Part shown: in pieces, positions 10,071 through 21,096 of the stretch
Layout: each line of letters opens with the position of its first letter
Numbering within the stretch: position 1 is the stretch's first letter
NCBI GenBank assembly: GCA_014190275.1
Contig: BJGE01000005.1
Span: forward strand, 1-61,539
Length of the DNA stretch: 61,539 nt
Reading direction: 5' to 3'
Source: Actinomycetes bacterium
GTDB taxonomy: Bacteria; Actinomycetota; Actinomycetes; S36-B12
The notes under the pieces: model-generated
Database searches by the model: none
The model's input: the letters and a program-made list of their open reading frames with translations, nothing else
What the model was told of the DNA's origin: nothing
Position numbers and translations under genes: made by a program

Positions 10071-12059
10071 ATGTCGGTTTCAGATCTTGCTCGACGGGGT
10101 GCGTCCGTCTTCGATCAACTTGAGTTGCTACTCCCATTAGTGAGTAAACCCATTCAATACGTCGGCGGCGAGTTGAATGCCACCCTCAAGGCTTGGGATG
10201 ACGTTCAGGTGCACTGGGTGCTCATGTATCCCGATGCCTATGAGGTGGGCGCCCCAAATCAAGGTGTGCAGATTCTTTATGAGGTCATCAATGAGCGAGC
10301 TGACGCCTTGGCGGAGCGGACCTATGCGATCTGGCCGGATCTTGAAGTACTGATGCGCGAAGCCAAAGTGCCGCAGTTCACCGTGGATGGTCATCGACCG
10401 GTGGGTGATTTCGATCTCTTCGGGGTGTCGTTTGCAACCGAATTGGGCTACACCAACATGCTCAGCGCGCTCTCGCTGGCGGGTATCCCGCTCCTAGCGC
10501 GCGAACGTGATGAGGCCCACCCGATTGTCATTGCCGGTGGCCATGCGGCGTTCAATCCCGAGCCAATTTCGGACTTTATCGATGCTGCCGTATTAGGTGA
10601 TGGCGAAGAAGCGGTACTGCTGATAACGGATCTCACCAGGGACTGGAAATCGGCCGGGCGTCCGGGTGGGCGTGCCGGCTTGCTTCTTGAACTTGCCAAG
10701 ACCGGCGTGATTTATGTCCCTGCCTTTTATGAAGTGGAGTACCTGCCCGATGGTCGAATTCAGCGGGTAACTCCGACCCTGCCCGAAGTGCCATGGCGGG
10801 TGCGCAAGCACACCTTGATGGACCTGGACAGTTGGCCCTACCCCAAGGCACCCTTGGTCCCGTTGGCTGAAACCGTGCACGAGCGGATGAGCGTTGAAAT
10901 CTTCCGGGGTTGCACTCGGGGTTGCCGCTTTTGCCAAGCCGGGATGATCACCCGCCCGGTGCGCGAACGCAGTATCACCGGGATCGCAGCGATGGTAGAA
11001 AACGGGCTGAAGAAGACCGGCTACGAGGAAGTCGGACTTTTGTCGCTATCGAGTGCTGATCATTCAGAAATCGCTGACGTAGCTCGCAACCTTGCCGATC
11101 GATACGAAGGATCGAAAACCTCCCTGTCACTTCCGAGTACGCGGGTTGATGCATTCAATGTTGATCTTGCGAATGAGTTATCGCGCAATGGCCGCCGCAG
11201 CGGCTTGACCTTTGCCCCCGAGGGCGGCAGCGAACGCATGCGTAAAGTCATCAATAAGCAGGTAACCGAGGAAGACCTAATCCGTACGGTGACCACAGCT
11301 TACTGTGCCGGCTGGCGCCAGGTGAAGCTCTATTTCATGTGCGGGTTGCCAACTGAAACCGATGAGGATGTGCTGCAGATCGCGCAATTGGCTCGCGACG
11401 TGATTAAGGCGGGACGCGAGGCCACCGGATCCCGAGATATTCGGTGCACGGTTTCCATTGGGGGATTCGTGCCGAAACCGCATACGCCATTTCAGTGGGC
11501 AGCCCAACTTGATCACGTGACGACCGATGCTCGGTTAGCCAAACTGCGCGATGCCATTCGCGCTGACCGCAACTATGGCAAAGCAATCGGTATTCGCTAT
11601 CACGACGGCAAGCCGGGCATAGTCGAAGGCCTGCTCTCACGCGGTGATCGTCGAGTTGGTGCGGTAATCCTCGCGGCTTGGCAAGACGGGGCAAGATTTG
11701 ACGGGTGGAGTGAGCATTTCTCCTATGACCGGTGGATGAGCGCTGCTGATCGAGCACTTACGGGTCAAGGCGTTGATGTCGATTGGTACACCATTCGGGA
11801 GCGCACCAAAACTGAAGTTCTGCCTTGGGATCATCTGGATTCGGGGCTTGACTCGGAGTGGCTTTGGGAGGACTGGCAGGCGGCACTTGATGAAGTTGCG
11901 ATTGAAGATTGCCGCTGGACCCCGTGCTTTGACTGCGGGGTGTGCGACCAGATGGATACGCAAATCCAGGTCGGTCCGACAGGAGTGACGGATTTACCGA
12001 TGCCGATGGTGCCGGTCCACGCTCCGGTTGCCGAAGCAGCCACCCAACCGGGGAGTTGA
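10071..12059 (+). CDS. B12-binding-like radical SAM protein (TIGR03960-like), function unknown
   Basis: CTRGCRFC radical SAM motif, KPIQYVGGE, YPDAYEVG, C-terminal CRWTPCFDCGVC. Start moved to ATG 10071, 7 nt after TAGCCT. Confidence 0.88.
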   Translation: MSVSDLARRGASVFDQLELLLPLVSKPIQYVGGELNATLKAWDDVQVHWVLMYPDAYEVGAPNQGVQILYEVINERADALAERTYAIWPDLEVLMREAKVPQFTVDGHRPVGDFDLFGVSFATELGYTNMLSALSLAGIPLLARERDEAHPIVIAGGHAAFNPEPISDFIDAAVLGDGEEAVLLITDLTRDWKSAGRPGGRAGLLLELAKTGVIYVPAFYEVEYLPDGRIQRVTPTLPEVPWRVRKHTLMDLDSWPYPKAPLVPLAETVHERMSVEIFRGCTRGCRFCQAGMITRPVRERSITGIAAMVENGLKKTGYEEVGLLSLSSADHSEIADVARNLADRYEGSKTSLSLPSTRVDAFNVDLANELSRNGRRSGLTFAPEGGSERMRKVINKQVTEEDLIRTVTTAYCAGWRQVKLYFMCGLPTETDEDVLQIAQLARDVIKAGREATGSRDIRCTVSIGGFVPKPHTPFQWAAQLDHVTTDARLAKLRDAIRADRNYGKAIGIRYHDGKPGIVEGLLSRGDRRVGAVILAAWQDGARFDGWSEHFSYDRWMSAADRALTGQGVDVDWYTIRERTKTEVLPWDHLDSGLDSEWLWEDWQAALDEVAIEDCRWTPCFDCGVCDQMDTQIQVGPTGVTDLPMPMVPVHAPVAEAATQPGS

Positions 12060-12060
12060 T

Positions 12061-12810
12061 TTGGCACGTCCTGCTCCGGTGCGCGATGTCGCACCAACGG
12101 TCCAACGGCTGCGGCTGCAGTACGCCAAGCGCGGACGGTTGCGATTTTCTAGTCACCGAGATTTCCAGCGTGCTTTGGAACGGGCGCTACGGCGGGCCGA
12201 GATCCCGATGGCATTTAGTGCCGGATTCTCCCCGCACCCGAAAGTCTCGTACGCCAACTCGGCACCAACCGGGGTTGCCAGTGAGGCCGAATACGTTGAA
12301 CTAGGGGTTACCGAGCGGTGCGACCCCGCGGCGGTGCGTGCGGCCTTAGATGATGCCTTGCCTTTGGGCCTGGACATAGTGGAGGTGGTTGAGGCCATTT
12401 CCCCCGATTTCGTCCAGCGGCTGGAGGCCAGTATCTGGCAAATTGAGCTGCCCGGGATGGGGGTCGCCGAAGTCGAAATTGCGGCCCAAAAACTACTGGC
12501 TCAGGGCGAAATCACGGTCGAGCGCCTTACCAAAAATGGGGTACGGGCTTTTGATGCACGCGGGCCGGTGGTCATGTTGACGGCGGAACCCGGATCAGGG
12601 TGTGCAATACTGCGAGCGGTAGTGCGGCATGCAACACCGTCCGTACGACCCGACGACCTTCTTACCGCACTACGGCAGGTAGCCGGCCTCGTGCCGCCAG
12701 CGCCCCCAAGGGTGACTCGGCTGGCACAAGGGCCGCTCGACCCAGTCGGAGCGACCGTGGGTGATCCATTTACCCCCGACCGCGCGCCGCTGGCCGCCGC
12801 TAAGAATTGA
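12061..12810 (+). CDS. Radical SAM-associated protein (TIGR03936/DUF2344-like)
   Basis: RL.YAKRGRLRF.SHRD, GFSPHPK, G.ASEAEY; TTG 12061 after GGGAG. Confidence 0.85.
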   Translation: MARPAPVRDVAPTVQRLRLQYAKRGRLRFSSHRDFQRALERALRRAEIPMAFSAGFSPHPKVSYANSAPTGVASEAEYVELGVTERCDPAAVRAALDDALPLGLDIVEVVEAISPDFVQRLEASIWQIELPGMGVAEVEIAAQKLLAQGEITVERLTKNGVRAFDARGPVVMLTAEPGSGCAILRAVVRHATPSVRPDDLLTALRQVAGLVPPAPPRVTRLAQGPLDPVGATVGDPFTPDRAPLAAAKN

Positions 12811-12890
12811 TGGGTGATCGGTAACGGCCACCCACACGACTCGCGTTGACACCGGGTGACCGGTGCGCAACGCCTAAAGGAGTACGACCC

Positions 12891-15257
12891 ATGGTCGAAA
12901 ATACTGAAAAGTTATCCGAAAGCTCATCAACTTCACCGGCACCCGCCGCCCGTCGGCGGGCGGCAGTTCGCCCCGCTGGCCCGCCGGTAGTGACGGCAGC
13001 CGAAAAGCCGGAGAAATCTGCGCCGGAGAAGAAGCCTGAGAAGAAGCCGGCCAAGAAGGCCGCTAAGAAATCTGCGCCGGATAAATCTGCGCCGGATAAA
13101 TCTGCGCCGGAGAAATCTGCGCCGGAGAAATCGGTTAAGAAAACTGCCAAGAAGGCCGCGAAAAAATCGGCCAAGTCCGCCGAGAAAGTCCCGGCTTCGG
13201 TTAGTAAGGCACCCTCTGCTGCTTTGATTGCCCCGATCTTTCAGGCGGCGGAGCCGGTGGCCCCGCGCGCCCCGGTGCGCGGACGGGCGGGCAAGGCGGG
13301 CAAGGCGGCCAATTCAGACACACCCACCGAACCGGCTGCCGATGGTATTTCGGTGGCGAAAGCTGCTGGATCCGCTGAAGCTGGCGAATCTGGTGGCGTG
13401 GTTGCCGGGGAGTCAGATGACGAGGCCCGCCGCCGCCGCCGCCGCCGCGGCGGCCGAGGTCGCCGCCGCCGCACTGATGAGTCCGAACCGGCTGCCGAAA
13501 CAAGCGCCGAGAGCGACGACGTGGGCGATGACGAACCAGAGGAGGGTGAGGATGCGGAGAATGGGGCAACTACGCGCCGGCGCCGTCGTCGCCGTCGTGG
13601 CAGTGAATCCGATGTCGAACTGGCGCCGGACGACCCACCGAACACCGTCATCAAAGTTCGGTCGGCGCGGACAAGCGCGAAAAAGGATGACACCAACTCA
13701 ATGCGAGGTTCAACCCGCCTAGAGGCTAAAAAGATGCGCCGTCGCGAAGGCCGTGATGCTGGTCGCCGTCGGGCACCCATCTTGACCGAGGCCGAGTTCT
13801 TAGCCCGCCGTGAATCCGTTGATCGGGTCATGGCGGTGCGCCAATCAGGTGATCGAACGCAGATCGCAGTCCTTGAAGACGGGGTGCTAGTTGAGCATTA
13901 CGTAACACGGGGGAGCTCATCCTCAATAGTTGGCAACGTCTACTTGGGGCGCGTCCAAAACGTGCTGCCAAGCATGGAAGCCGCATTCGTCGATATCGGT
14001 CGCGGGCGTAATGCGGTCTTGTATGCCGGTGAAGTCAACTGGGATGCCGCAGGCCTCGACGGGCAACCAAAGCGTATTGAGTTCGCGCTGAAGTCCGGCG
14101 ACACGATCTTGGTTCAGGTGACCAAGGACCCGGTTGGTCAAAAAGGTGCTCGCCTAACAAGTCAGATCTCATTGCCGGGCCGTTACCTGGTCTATGTCCC
14201 TGATGGGTCTATGACGGGGATCAGCCGCAAGCTACCTGATACCGAGCGCTCGCGATTGAAGAATATTCTGAAGCGGGTTATTCCCGAAGAAGCTGGTTTC
14301 ATCGTGCGCACCGCCGCTGAAGGTGCACCCGAGGAAGCCCTCGAACAAGACATCGCTCGTTTGACCGCTCAGTCGGATGCAATTGCGGAGGCGGCCAAGA
14401 TTGCGACACCACCGACTTTGTTGCATGGCGAACCGGATCTGGCCATCAAGGTGGTGCGCGATATCTTCAATGAGGACGTAAACAAGTTGGTGGTCTCGGG
14501 TGATGCCGCATGGGAGGCGGTCACCACTTACATCAACGGCGTCGCACCAGATCTAGTCGATCGTCTCCAGAATTGGGTGTCGAATAAGGATCTCTTTGAC
14601 GAGTATCGTGTTGATGAACAGCTGGCCAAGGCCCTTGATCGCAAGGTGTTTTTACCATCGGGCGGCTCACTTGTAATCGATCGCACCGAGGCGATGACGG
14701 TCGTCGATGTCAACACCGGGAAATTCATCGGACAAGGTGGCAACCTTGAGCAGACCGTAACGAGCAATAACTTGGAGGCGGCCGAGGAGATCGTCCGCCA
14801 ACTTCGTCTGCGCGATGTTGGCGGCATCATCGTTATCGACTTCATCGATATGGTGCTCGAAACAAATCGCGATTTGGTGTTGCGTCGACTCGTTGAGTCA
14901 TTAGGGCGCGACCGCACCAAGCACCAAGTTGCCGAAGTCACCTCACTGGGCCTAGTTCAAATGACCCGCAAGCGCATTGGCTCTGGGCTCATCGAGTCGT
15001 TCTCGACCCCGTGTGATGCCTGCGCGGGTCGAGGCTTGCGGATCTCTATGCACCCGGTGGACAACCACAATGGTTCCTCCAATGACCACGAGCATGAGAT
15101 CTCGCCCAAGAACCGTCGGCCGGCGAATGCGGTGGATCCAGCAGATGTGGCTGCCCGGGCCTTCGAGCAAGCTGGGGAGCCGGTGCCAGCGGGCGAAATC
15201 AAGCTGGAAACCACCTTGGAGGAGGCTGAACTTAGCCTCTCGGAGGAGGCGGTTTGA
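12891..15257 (+). CDS. rne: Ribonuclease E/G family
   Basis: Disordered Arg-rich/acidic N-terminus, S1 region (GNVYLGRV, AAFVDIG), DVNTG, IDFIDM, CxxCxG Zn-link; ATG 12891 after AAGGAG. Confidence 0.93.
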   Translation: MVENTEKLSESSSTSPAPAARRRAAVRPAGPPVVTAAEKPEKSAPEKKPEKKPAKKAAKKSAPDKSAPDKSAPEKSAPEKSVKKTAKKAAKKSAKSAEKVPASVSKAPSAALIAPIFQAAEPVAPRAPVRGRAGKAGKAANSDTPTEPAADGISVAKAAGSAEAGESGGVVAGESDDEARRRRRRRGGRGRRRRTDESEPAAETSAESDDVGDDEPEEGEDAENGATTRRRRRRRRGSESDVELAPDDPPNTVIKVRSARTSAKKDDTNSMRGSTRLEAKKMRRREGRDAGRRRAPILTEAEFLARRESVDRVMAVRQSGDRTQIAVLEDGVLVEHYVTRGSSSSIVGNVYLGRVQNVLPSMEAAFVDIGRGRNAVLYAGEVNWDAAGLDGQPKRIEFALKSGDTILVQVTKDPVGQKGARLTSQISLPGRYLVYVPDGSMTGISRKLPDTERSRLKNILKRVIPEEAGFIVRTAAEGAPEEALEQDIARLTAQSDAIAEAAKIATPPTLLHGEPDLAIKVVRDIFNEDVNKLVVSGDAAWEAVTTYINGVAPDLVDRLQNWVSNKDLFDEYRVDEQLAKALDRKVFLPSGGSLVIDRTEAMTVVDVNTGKFIGQGGNLEQTVTSNNLEAAEEIVRQLRLRDVGGIIVIDFIDMVLETNRDLVLRRLVESLGRDRTKHQVAEVTSLGLVQMTRKRIGSGLIESFSTPCDACAGRGLRISMHPVDNHNGSSNDHEHEISPKNRRPANAVDPADVAARAFEQAGEPVPAGEIKLETTLEEAELSLSEEAV
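13068..13127 (+). repeat. 15-bp tandem repeat x4 (AAATCTGCGCCGGAK) in rne, encoding KSAP(D/E)
   Basis: Four adjacent copies read directly; a fifth isolated copy at 13014-13028. Confidence 0.92.
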
Positions 15258-15283
15258 CCGCCTTAGGGTGGTATCCGTACCCT
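15254..15283 (+). promoter_or_regulatory. Putative housekeeping sigma promoter for rplU-rpmA
   Basis: TTGACC-N18-TACCCT upstream of rplU. Confidence 0.55.
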
Positions 15284-15359
15284 TAGGACCCGGTGCTCCA
15301 ATGGGTCACCACCTCGCGGGGCAGATCCCCGTGAATTTATTTACAGGTAGGAGTTTGTG

Positions 15360-15674
15360 GTGTACGCGATCGTGCGCGCTGGCGGCCGGCAGGAAAAGGT
15401 CGCGGTTGGCGATGTGGTGGTTCTCGACCGGCAGGCCGGTGAGCCAGGCAACACCTTGACCCTTCCTGCATTGTTGGTGGTCGATGGTGGCACTGTTACC
15501 AGCGATGCCGCCACTTTGGCGAAAGTCACCGTCACCGCGGAAATCGTCGATCATCACCGCGGGCCCAAGATCGACATCCTGAAGTACAAGAACAAGACCG
15601 GCTACCGTCGCCGTCAAGGTCATCGTCAGGACCTAACCGCGGTCAAGGTCACCGATATCAAGACCGGGAAGTGA
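15360..15674 (+). CDS. rplU: 50S ribosomal protein L21
   Basis: MYAIV..GGRQ.KV, YK.KTGY.RRQGHRQ; AGGAG RBS. Confidence 0.97.
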   Translation: MYAIVRAGGRQEKVAVGDVVVLDRQAGEPGNTLTLPALLVVDGGTVTSDAATLAKVTVTAEIVDHHRGPKIDILKYKNKTGYRRRQGHRQDLTAVKVTDIKTGK

Positions 15675-15678
15675 ACTA

Positions 15679-15933
15679 ATGGCGCATAAGAAAGGTGCAT
15701 CGAGCACCCGCAACGGTCGTGACAGCAACGCCCAACGCCTAGGAGTTAAGCGCTTTGGCGGCCAAGATGTCAACGCCGGCGAGATCATTGTCCGCCAGCG
15801 TGGCACCCACTTCCATCCCGGCAGCAACGTTGGTCGCGGCAAGGATGACACGCTGTTCGCACTCGCGGCCGGTACTGTTCAATTCGGAGTAGCCCGTGGC
15901 CGCCGCGTCGTCAATATCGTCGCGGGTGCGTAA
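15679..15933 (+). CDS. rpmA: 50S ribosomal protein L27
   Basis: [21 protein letters not shown]. Confidence 0.98.
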   Translation: MAHKKGASSTRNGRDSNAQRLGVKRFGGQDVNAGEIIVRQRGTHFHPGSNVGRGKDDTLFALAAGTVQFGVARGRRVVNIVAGA

Positions 15934-15990
15934 CCCAGCACTACTCGGCCAAACTTTGCGCGGTTTCTGCTGCGCAATTCAACAACTTGT

Positions 15991-16023
15991 CGGCGAGGCG
16001 GGCCCGTTGGGCTCGCCTCGTTG
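15991..16023 (+). terminator. GC-rich hairpin between rpmA and obgE (probable terminator or processing stem)
   Basis: CGAGGCGGGCCC-GTT-GGGCTCGCCTCG, 12-bp stem with one G-U pair; no strong U tract. Confidence 0.55.
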
Positions 16024-16058
16024 CCATTGCACCGGTTTCGAATAAGGGAGTTCTAGCC

Positions 16059-17432
16059 GTGGCCACCTTTGTCGACCAAGTTACCTTGCATGTACAAGGT
16101 GGCGATGGCGGTCATGGCTGCGCCTCGGTGCTTCGCGAGAAATTCAAACCACTAGGTGGGCCCGATGGTGGCAGCGGCGGTCGCGGCGGCGACATCGTGC
16201 TGGTGGTAGACCCGAGTGTGACAACCCTGCTCGAATTTCACCACGGCCCACATCGTAAAGCCGATAATGGCCGCCCGGGACAAGGTTCGCATCGCAATGG
16301 TGCCGAGGGTGATGATGTATTTCTGCGCGTACCCAATGGCACGATGGTATTGGCCCCGGATGGCACCTTCATCGCGGATCTACTCGGCGCGGGCACCAGA
16401 CAGATCATTGCCAAAGGTGGCCGTGGTGGCCTCGGCAACGCCTCCTTGGCATCACCTCGGCGCAAGGCACCGGGTTTTGCACTACTCGGTGAACCCGGTG
16501 AGTATCGAGATATCGTCCTTGAGTTAAAGACGGTGGCCGACGTGGCCTTGGTCGGATTTCCGAGCGCGGGTAAGTCCAGTCTTGTTGCCGCGATGAGTGC
16601 TGCCCGACCCAAGATTGCCGACTACCCGTTCACCACGTTGATTCCCAATCTGGGGGTCGTGACGGCGGGTGAGGTGGTTTTCACCATTGCCGATGTGCCT
16701 GGATTAATTCCGGGTGCCAGCGAAGGTAAAGGTCTGGGTCTTGAGTTCTTGCGCCATGTTGAGCGTTGCAGTGTGCTGGTGCATGTCCTTGACTGCGCCA
16801 CCATGGAGCCGGGGCGTGACCCGATTGACGATATTGTCGCAATTGAACATGAGCTCGCCCTGTATGGCGGGCTTGAGGAGCGTCCACGCATGGTGGTCCT
16901 TAACAAGATAGACGTCCCTGACGCCCGGGTCCTTGCGGACCTGGTGCGCCCAATCCTCCAGGAGCGTGGCTATTTGGTATTTGAGATCTCGGCCGCGACC
17001 CACGAGGGCCTGCGCCCACTGTCATTTGCGATGGCCGAAAAGGTTTTGCAGGCTCGTCTGGCGGCCATTCCCGACGAGGCACCTCGTATTGTCATCACCC
17101 CTAGGTCGGTAAATGATCGTGGTTTCACGGTCACCCATGAGGTGGCCGGCTATCGGGTACGCGGTGAGCGGCCTGAGCGGTGGGTACGCCAAACAGATTT
17201 CACCAATGATGAAGCAGTTGGTTACCTATCTGATCGGTTGGCCCGCCTCGGCGTGGAGGAACAGTTATTTAAACAGGGGGCGGCGGCCGGTTGCACGGTG
17301 ATGATCGGTGCCGATGACAATGCCGTGGTATTTGATTGGCAACCAACTTTGCATGTTGACATGGGCTCGAGCAGGAGCCCACGCGGTACCGATGTGCGAT
17401 TGGACGCCCAACTTGATGCGGAGGGCGCGTGA
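16059..17432 (+). CDS. obgE: GTPase ObgE
   Basis: Gly-rich Obg fold, [23 protein letters not shown]-terminal OCT domain; GTG 16059 after AAGGGAG. Confidence 0.96.
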   Translation: MATFVDQVTLHVQGGDGGHGCASVLREKFKPLGGPDGGSGGRGGDIVLVVDPSVTTLLEFHHGPHRKADNGRPGQGSHRNGAEGDDVFLRVPNGTMVLAPDGTFIADLLGAGTRQIIAKGGRGGLGNASLASPRRKAPGFALLGEPGEYRDIVLELKTVADVALVGFPSAGKSSLVAAMSAARPKIADYPFTTLIPNLGVVTAGEVVFTIADVPGLIPGASEGKGLGLEFLRHVERCSVLVHVLDCATMEPGRDPIDDIVAIEHELALYGGLEERPRMVVLNKIDVPDARVLADLVRPILQERGYLVFEISAATHEGLRPLSFAMAEKVLQARLAAIPDEAPRIVITPRSVNDRGFTVTHEVAGYRVRGERPERWVRQTDFTNDEAVGYLSDRLARLGVEEQLFKQGAAAGCTVMIGADDNAVVFDWQPTLHVDMGSSRSPRGTDVRLDAQLDAEGA

Positions 17433-18550
17433 ACGCTCGCGGGATGGTCGCGTCAGCGGCGCGAATTGTCGTCAAAGTAGGCTCATCATCTTTGACGAGG
17501 CGCGGTGGTGGGCTGGACGCTGAGCGAATCGCAGACTTGGTGGCGCAGCTGGCCGCGCGACGGGCTGCCGGCCACCAAGTAGTGCTGGTTTCAAGTGGCG
17601 CGATCGCAACTGGATTCCCGGCCCTTGGTCTAACCGCGCGCCCGCGTGATTTGGCCACGCAGCAAGCGGCGGCCAGTGTGGGCCAAGGCATGCTGGTGGC
17701 GCAATACAGCAACGAATTCGCCAAGCACTCGATCACGGTGGGTCAGGTGCTATTGACTGCACAAGATGTCACGCGTCGGTCGCACTACCGAAACGCGCAA
17801 CGTACTCTCTTTCGGCTTCTAGAGATGGGGGTACTGCCCATCGTCAATGAGAATGACACCGTCGCTACCGATGAGATTAGAGTGGGTGACAATGACCGTC
17901 TTGCGGCACTTGTTGCCCACCTAGTTGATGCGGAAGCGCTGGTACTCCTTTCGGATGTCGACGGGCTCTATGACGGGCCGCCAAGTAAGGCGGGGGCGAC
18001 GCTGATCAAAGAGATCCACTCGCCGGCAGATCTAAGTGCGGTACGAATAGGTGGAGTGGGCAACGCCGGCGTGGGGCTCGGTGGGATGGCCACCAAGGTG
18101 GAGGCCGCGCAGATCGCCACCGCAGCCGGAATCCCGGTCCTGCTGACTTCGGCGAGGGACGTCGCCATCGCGTTGACCTCGGCCGCCAGCGGAACGGTGT
18201 TCCACCCGACCGGGGCGCGGACCTCGACCCGGCTGCTCTGGTTGGCCCACGCCACTACCGGGCGCGGACGATTGCATCTAGATGCCGGGGCGGTCACTGC
18301 GGTCATCCAAAGACGACTTTCCCTGCTGCCAGCAGGTATCACGGCGGTTGACGGCTCCTTTGCGGCCGGAGATCCGGTGGACTTATTAGACGAAAAGGGT
18401 CACACGATCGCCCGTGGACTGGTCAACTTTGATTCTGGTGAACTACCCGGCCTGCTCGGACGGTCCACCAAGGACCTAGCTCGGGAATTGGGTTCGGCCT
18501 ATGAACGCGAAGTTGTTCATCGAGATGACCTGGTGATCATCACAACTTGA
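17429..18550 (+). CDS. proB: Glutamate 5-kinase
   Basis: [32 protein letters not shown]-terminal PUA domain. Confidence 0.96.
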   Translation: MNARGMVASAARIVVKVGSSSLTRRGGGLDAERIADLVAQLAARRAAGHQVVLVSSGAIATGFPALGLTARPRDLATQQAAASVGQGMLVAQYSNEFAKHSITVGQVLLTAQDVTRRSHYRNAQRTLFRLLEMGVLPIVNENDTVATDEIRVGDNDRLAALVAHLVDAEALVLLSDVDGLYDGPPSKAGATLIKEIHSPADLSAVRIGGVGNAGVGLGGMATKVEAAQIATAAGIPVLLTSARDVAIALTSAASGTVFHPTGARTSTRLLWLAHATTGRGRLHLDAGAVTAVIQRRLSLLPAGITAVDGSFAAGDPVDLLDEKGHTIARGLVNFDSGELPGLLGRSTKDLARELGSAYEREVVHRDDLVIITT

Positions 18551-18568
18551 CCGGATTGGGGGGCCGAA

Positions 18569-18940
18569 GTGGTCGCCGATTCGCAGTTGGTAGAGGCCGC
18601 ACATATCTGGCATGTCACCTTGACCGTGACAGGAGCGCCAGTAGGTGAACCTGAAATCCGCGCGGCACTCGAGCGGCTAAGCCATGAGCACCCGTTTCCA
18701 CTGTCCGGCAGGTTCGCGGTGGATCGCGCCGAGGTGCGCTACCGGGAGGAAGCCGTGGACATGCCCACCGCCCTAGGCCTAGCGGTGCAGCCATGGGCTG
18801 AGCACCGGGAGTCCGCGCGGTTACCGCCGTGGGAACCGGTTGGCATTGAAGTGATTAGCCAAGACACTTTTCATCGTCGGGGTCGACTGCATAACGAGCA
18901 GCCTGGGCCGCTGGCAGCCGGGCGATTACTCCCATTTTGA
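18569..18940 (+). CDS. Hypothetical protein
   Basis: Fills the proB-proA gap on the same strand; resembles the small uncharacterised gene I recall at this position in other actinobacteria (WHVTLTV.G, AEVRY.EEA). Confidence 0.7.
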   Translation: MVADSQLVEAAHIWHVTLTVTGAPVGEPEIRAALERLSHEHPFPLSGRFAVDRAEVRYREEAVDMPTALGLAVQPWAEHRESARLPPWEPVGIEVISQDTFHRRGRLHNEQPGPLAAGRLLPF

Positions 18941-18972
18941 TGACCACAAACCGCTGCATCTAGGCTGTGCTT

Positions 18973-20256
18973 ATGCAGAATCTGCCCATTGATGAGCAAT
19001 CCTTGGTTCTAAAGACCGCCACGGCGGCCCGCGAGGCTGCCGGGCTCCTTCGGCTCTTGACCCGTGAGCAAAAAGATAATGCGCTAATTGCCATGGCTGA
19101 TGCTCTTGATGCGCGTACGGCTGAGATCATCGCGGCTAATGCAGAAGATGTTGCCAGAGCCCAGGGCTTAGGTACTAGCGCGGCTTTAGTTGACCGATTG
19201 ACGTTGAATGCTGCTCGAATCGCCGATATCGCTCAGGCACTTCGTGACGTAGCCGCGTTACCTGATCCGGTCGGTGAAGTTATCCGCGGCTACACCCTGC
19301 CCAATGGTTTGCAGGTTCGACAAATCCGGGTGCCGCTTGGCGTGGTCGGCATGATCTATGAAGCCCGGCCCAATGTCACCGTTGACGCTGCCGGACTGTG
19401 TCTTAAGAGTGGCAATGCCGCCTTGCTTCGCGGCTCGTCATCTGCCGCCGACAGCAATGCGGCATTGACTGCCGTAATGCGTGATGCGCTCCTGGAGTCG
19501 GGCCTGCCGGCCGATGCAATTCAAATGGTGCCGGGGGATACGCACGAATCGGTTAAGTATTTGATGACAGCACGTGGTCTGGTTGATGTGCTCATCCCTC
19601 GAGGTGGCGCCGATCTGATCCGCAGCGTGGTTGACAATTCCACTGTCCCGGTAATCGAAACCGGCGTGGGTAACTGCCATGTCTATATCGATAAGGATGC
19701 CGACATAGACAAGGCCATCGCCGTACTGCTAAACAGCAAGGCGCAGCGCGTGAGCGTCTGCAATGCAGCCGAAACGGTACTGGTCCACCGCGACATTGCC
19801 GACGAGTTCCTGCCACGTGCCTTAGAGGCTCTAAAGGCCGCGGGCGTGACCATTCACGGGGATTCCAGATTCGCACTGCATGCGACAGGCACCGGGGTGG
19901 AATTCGCCGATGTGACAGACGATGACTGGGCCGCGGAGTATTACTCCTTGGACATTGCGGCAGGGGTCGTCGATAGCATTGATGAGGCGCTGGCGCATAT
20001 TCGAAGGTGGTCAAGTGGTCACACCGAGGCCATCGTCACCGACAGCCAATCGGCAGCCCAGCGGTTTGTGGCCGGGGTGGACTCGGCGGCCGTGATGGTC
20101 AATGCGTCGACCCGGTTCACCGATGGGGGTGAATTTGGATTCGGGGCCGAGATCGGGATCTCAACCCAAAAACTGCATGCTCGTGGCCCCATGGGGCTGA
20201 CCGAGTTGACCACCACTACCTATGTGGTTACCGGCGACGGCCACATTCGCAGGTAG
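18973..20256 (+). CDS. proA: Glutamate-5-semialdehyde dehydrogenase
   Basis: [47 protein letters not shown]; ATG 18973, 6 nt after TAGGCT. Confidence 0.96.
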   Translation: MQNLPIDEQSLVLKTATAAREAAGLLRLLTREQKDNALIAMADALDARTAEIIAANAEDVARAQGLGTSAALVDRLTLNAARIADIAQALRDVAALPDPVGEVIRGYTLPNGLQVRQIRVPLGVVGMIYEARPNVTVDAAGLCLKSGNAALLRGSSSAADSNAALTAVMRDALLESGLPADAIQMVPGDTHESVKYLMTARGLVDVLIPRGGADLIRSVVDNSTVPVIETGVGNCHVYIDKDADIDKAIAVLLNSKAQRVSVCNAAETVLVHRDIADEFLPRALEALKAAGVTIHGDSRFALHATGTGVEFADVTDDDWAAEYYSLDIAAGVVDSIDEALAHIRRWSSGHTEAIVTDSQSAAQRFVAGVDSAAVMVNASTRFTDGGEFGFGAEIGISTQKLHARGPMGLTELTTTTYVVTGDGHIRR

Positions 20257-20326
20257 CGAGTCCGCGCGGTACGGGGGCTTTCCAAACGCGGTAGACTGCG
20301 GGCACCACGAGATGAAGGGTTTAACA

Positions 20327-20455
20327 ATGGTTCTTAGTGCCGCTGAGGAAGTAGCAGCGCAGGGGATGATATCGCCTTATGTTTTCGGCGGCTTTGCTTT
20401 CTTGGCGCTGGCGGCGCTCCTGGTGATCACCGCCATGATCAACGTTGACCGTTAG
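20327..20455 (+). CDS. Small single-TM membrane protein (42 aa)
   Basis: MVLSAAEEVAAQGMISPYVFGGFAFLALAALLVITAMINVDR; AAGGG RBS-like site; TAGACT upstream; ends 9 nt before nadD. Confidence 0.7.
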   Translation: MVLSAAEEVAAQGMISPYVFGGFAFLALAALLVITAMINVDR

Positions 20456-20464
20456 TACCCACTT

Positions 20465-21067
20465 GTGACCACCCGCCGCATCGGGGTGATGGGGGGTACC
20501 TTCGACCCAATCCATCACGGCCACCTCGTCGCTGCATCCCAGGTGGCCTATAGCTTCAAGCTCGACACGGTGTTATTTGCACCGACCGGCCAGCCATGGC
20601 ATAAGTCACCCGCTCCGGGCGCCACCCCAGAGGAGCGTTATCTGATGACCGTACTTGCAACCTCGATGGACGATCGGTTCGATGTGACCCGGGTTGATAT
20701 TGATCGCGATGGACCCACTTATACGGTCGATACGCTGCGCGATCTGCGGGCGCAGTACGAACTTAATTTTCCGAATCTGGAAATCGAGTGGTTCTTCATC
20801 ACCGGTGCCGATGCCCTCGCCGACATCATGGAGTGGCGGGGGCCGCAGGAAGTAATTGGATTGGCTCACATCATCGGAGTAACCCGGCCAGGGCACGAGA
20901 TGCGCAAGCCTGAGTTGCCAGAGTCATCTTGGACCTTGCTTGAAATACCGGCGCTCGCGATTTCGTCGACCAATATTCGGGCCCGGGCGGGTCGAACTGA
21001 GCCGATCAACTATCTGGTTCCGGAGTCTGTTGCGAACTTTATCGGAAAGCGAAAACTGTACCGGTAG
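20465..21067 (+). CDS. nadD: Nicotinate-nucleotide adenylyltransferase
   Basis: [28 protein letters not shown]. Confidence 0.96.
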   Translation: MTTRRIGVMGGTFDPIHHGHLVAASQVAYSFKLDTVLFAPTGQPWHKSPAPGATPEERYLMTVLATSMDDRFDVTRVDIDRDGPTYTVDTLRDLRAQYELNFPNLEIEWFFITGADALADIMEWRGPQEVIGLAHIIGVTRPGHEMRKPELPESSWTLLEIPALAISSTNIRARAGRTEPINYLVPESVANFIGKRKLYR

Positions 21068-21096
21068 CACGGTCAAGTCAATATGAAAGCAGTGAA

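Noticed and set aside
13426-13600. CGC/CGT runs as a microsatellite or separate Arg-rich ORF
   Set aside because: They encode the Arg-rich tracts normal for actinobacterial RNase E N-termini.
18809-20270. 13-bp direct repeat GAGTCCGCGCGGT on either side of proA
   Set aside because: One copy is inside a CDS, and GC-rich 13-mer matches are expected by chance in a window this size.
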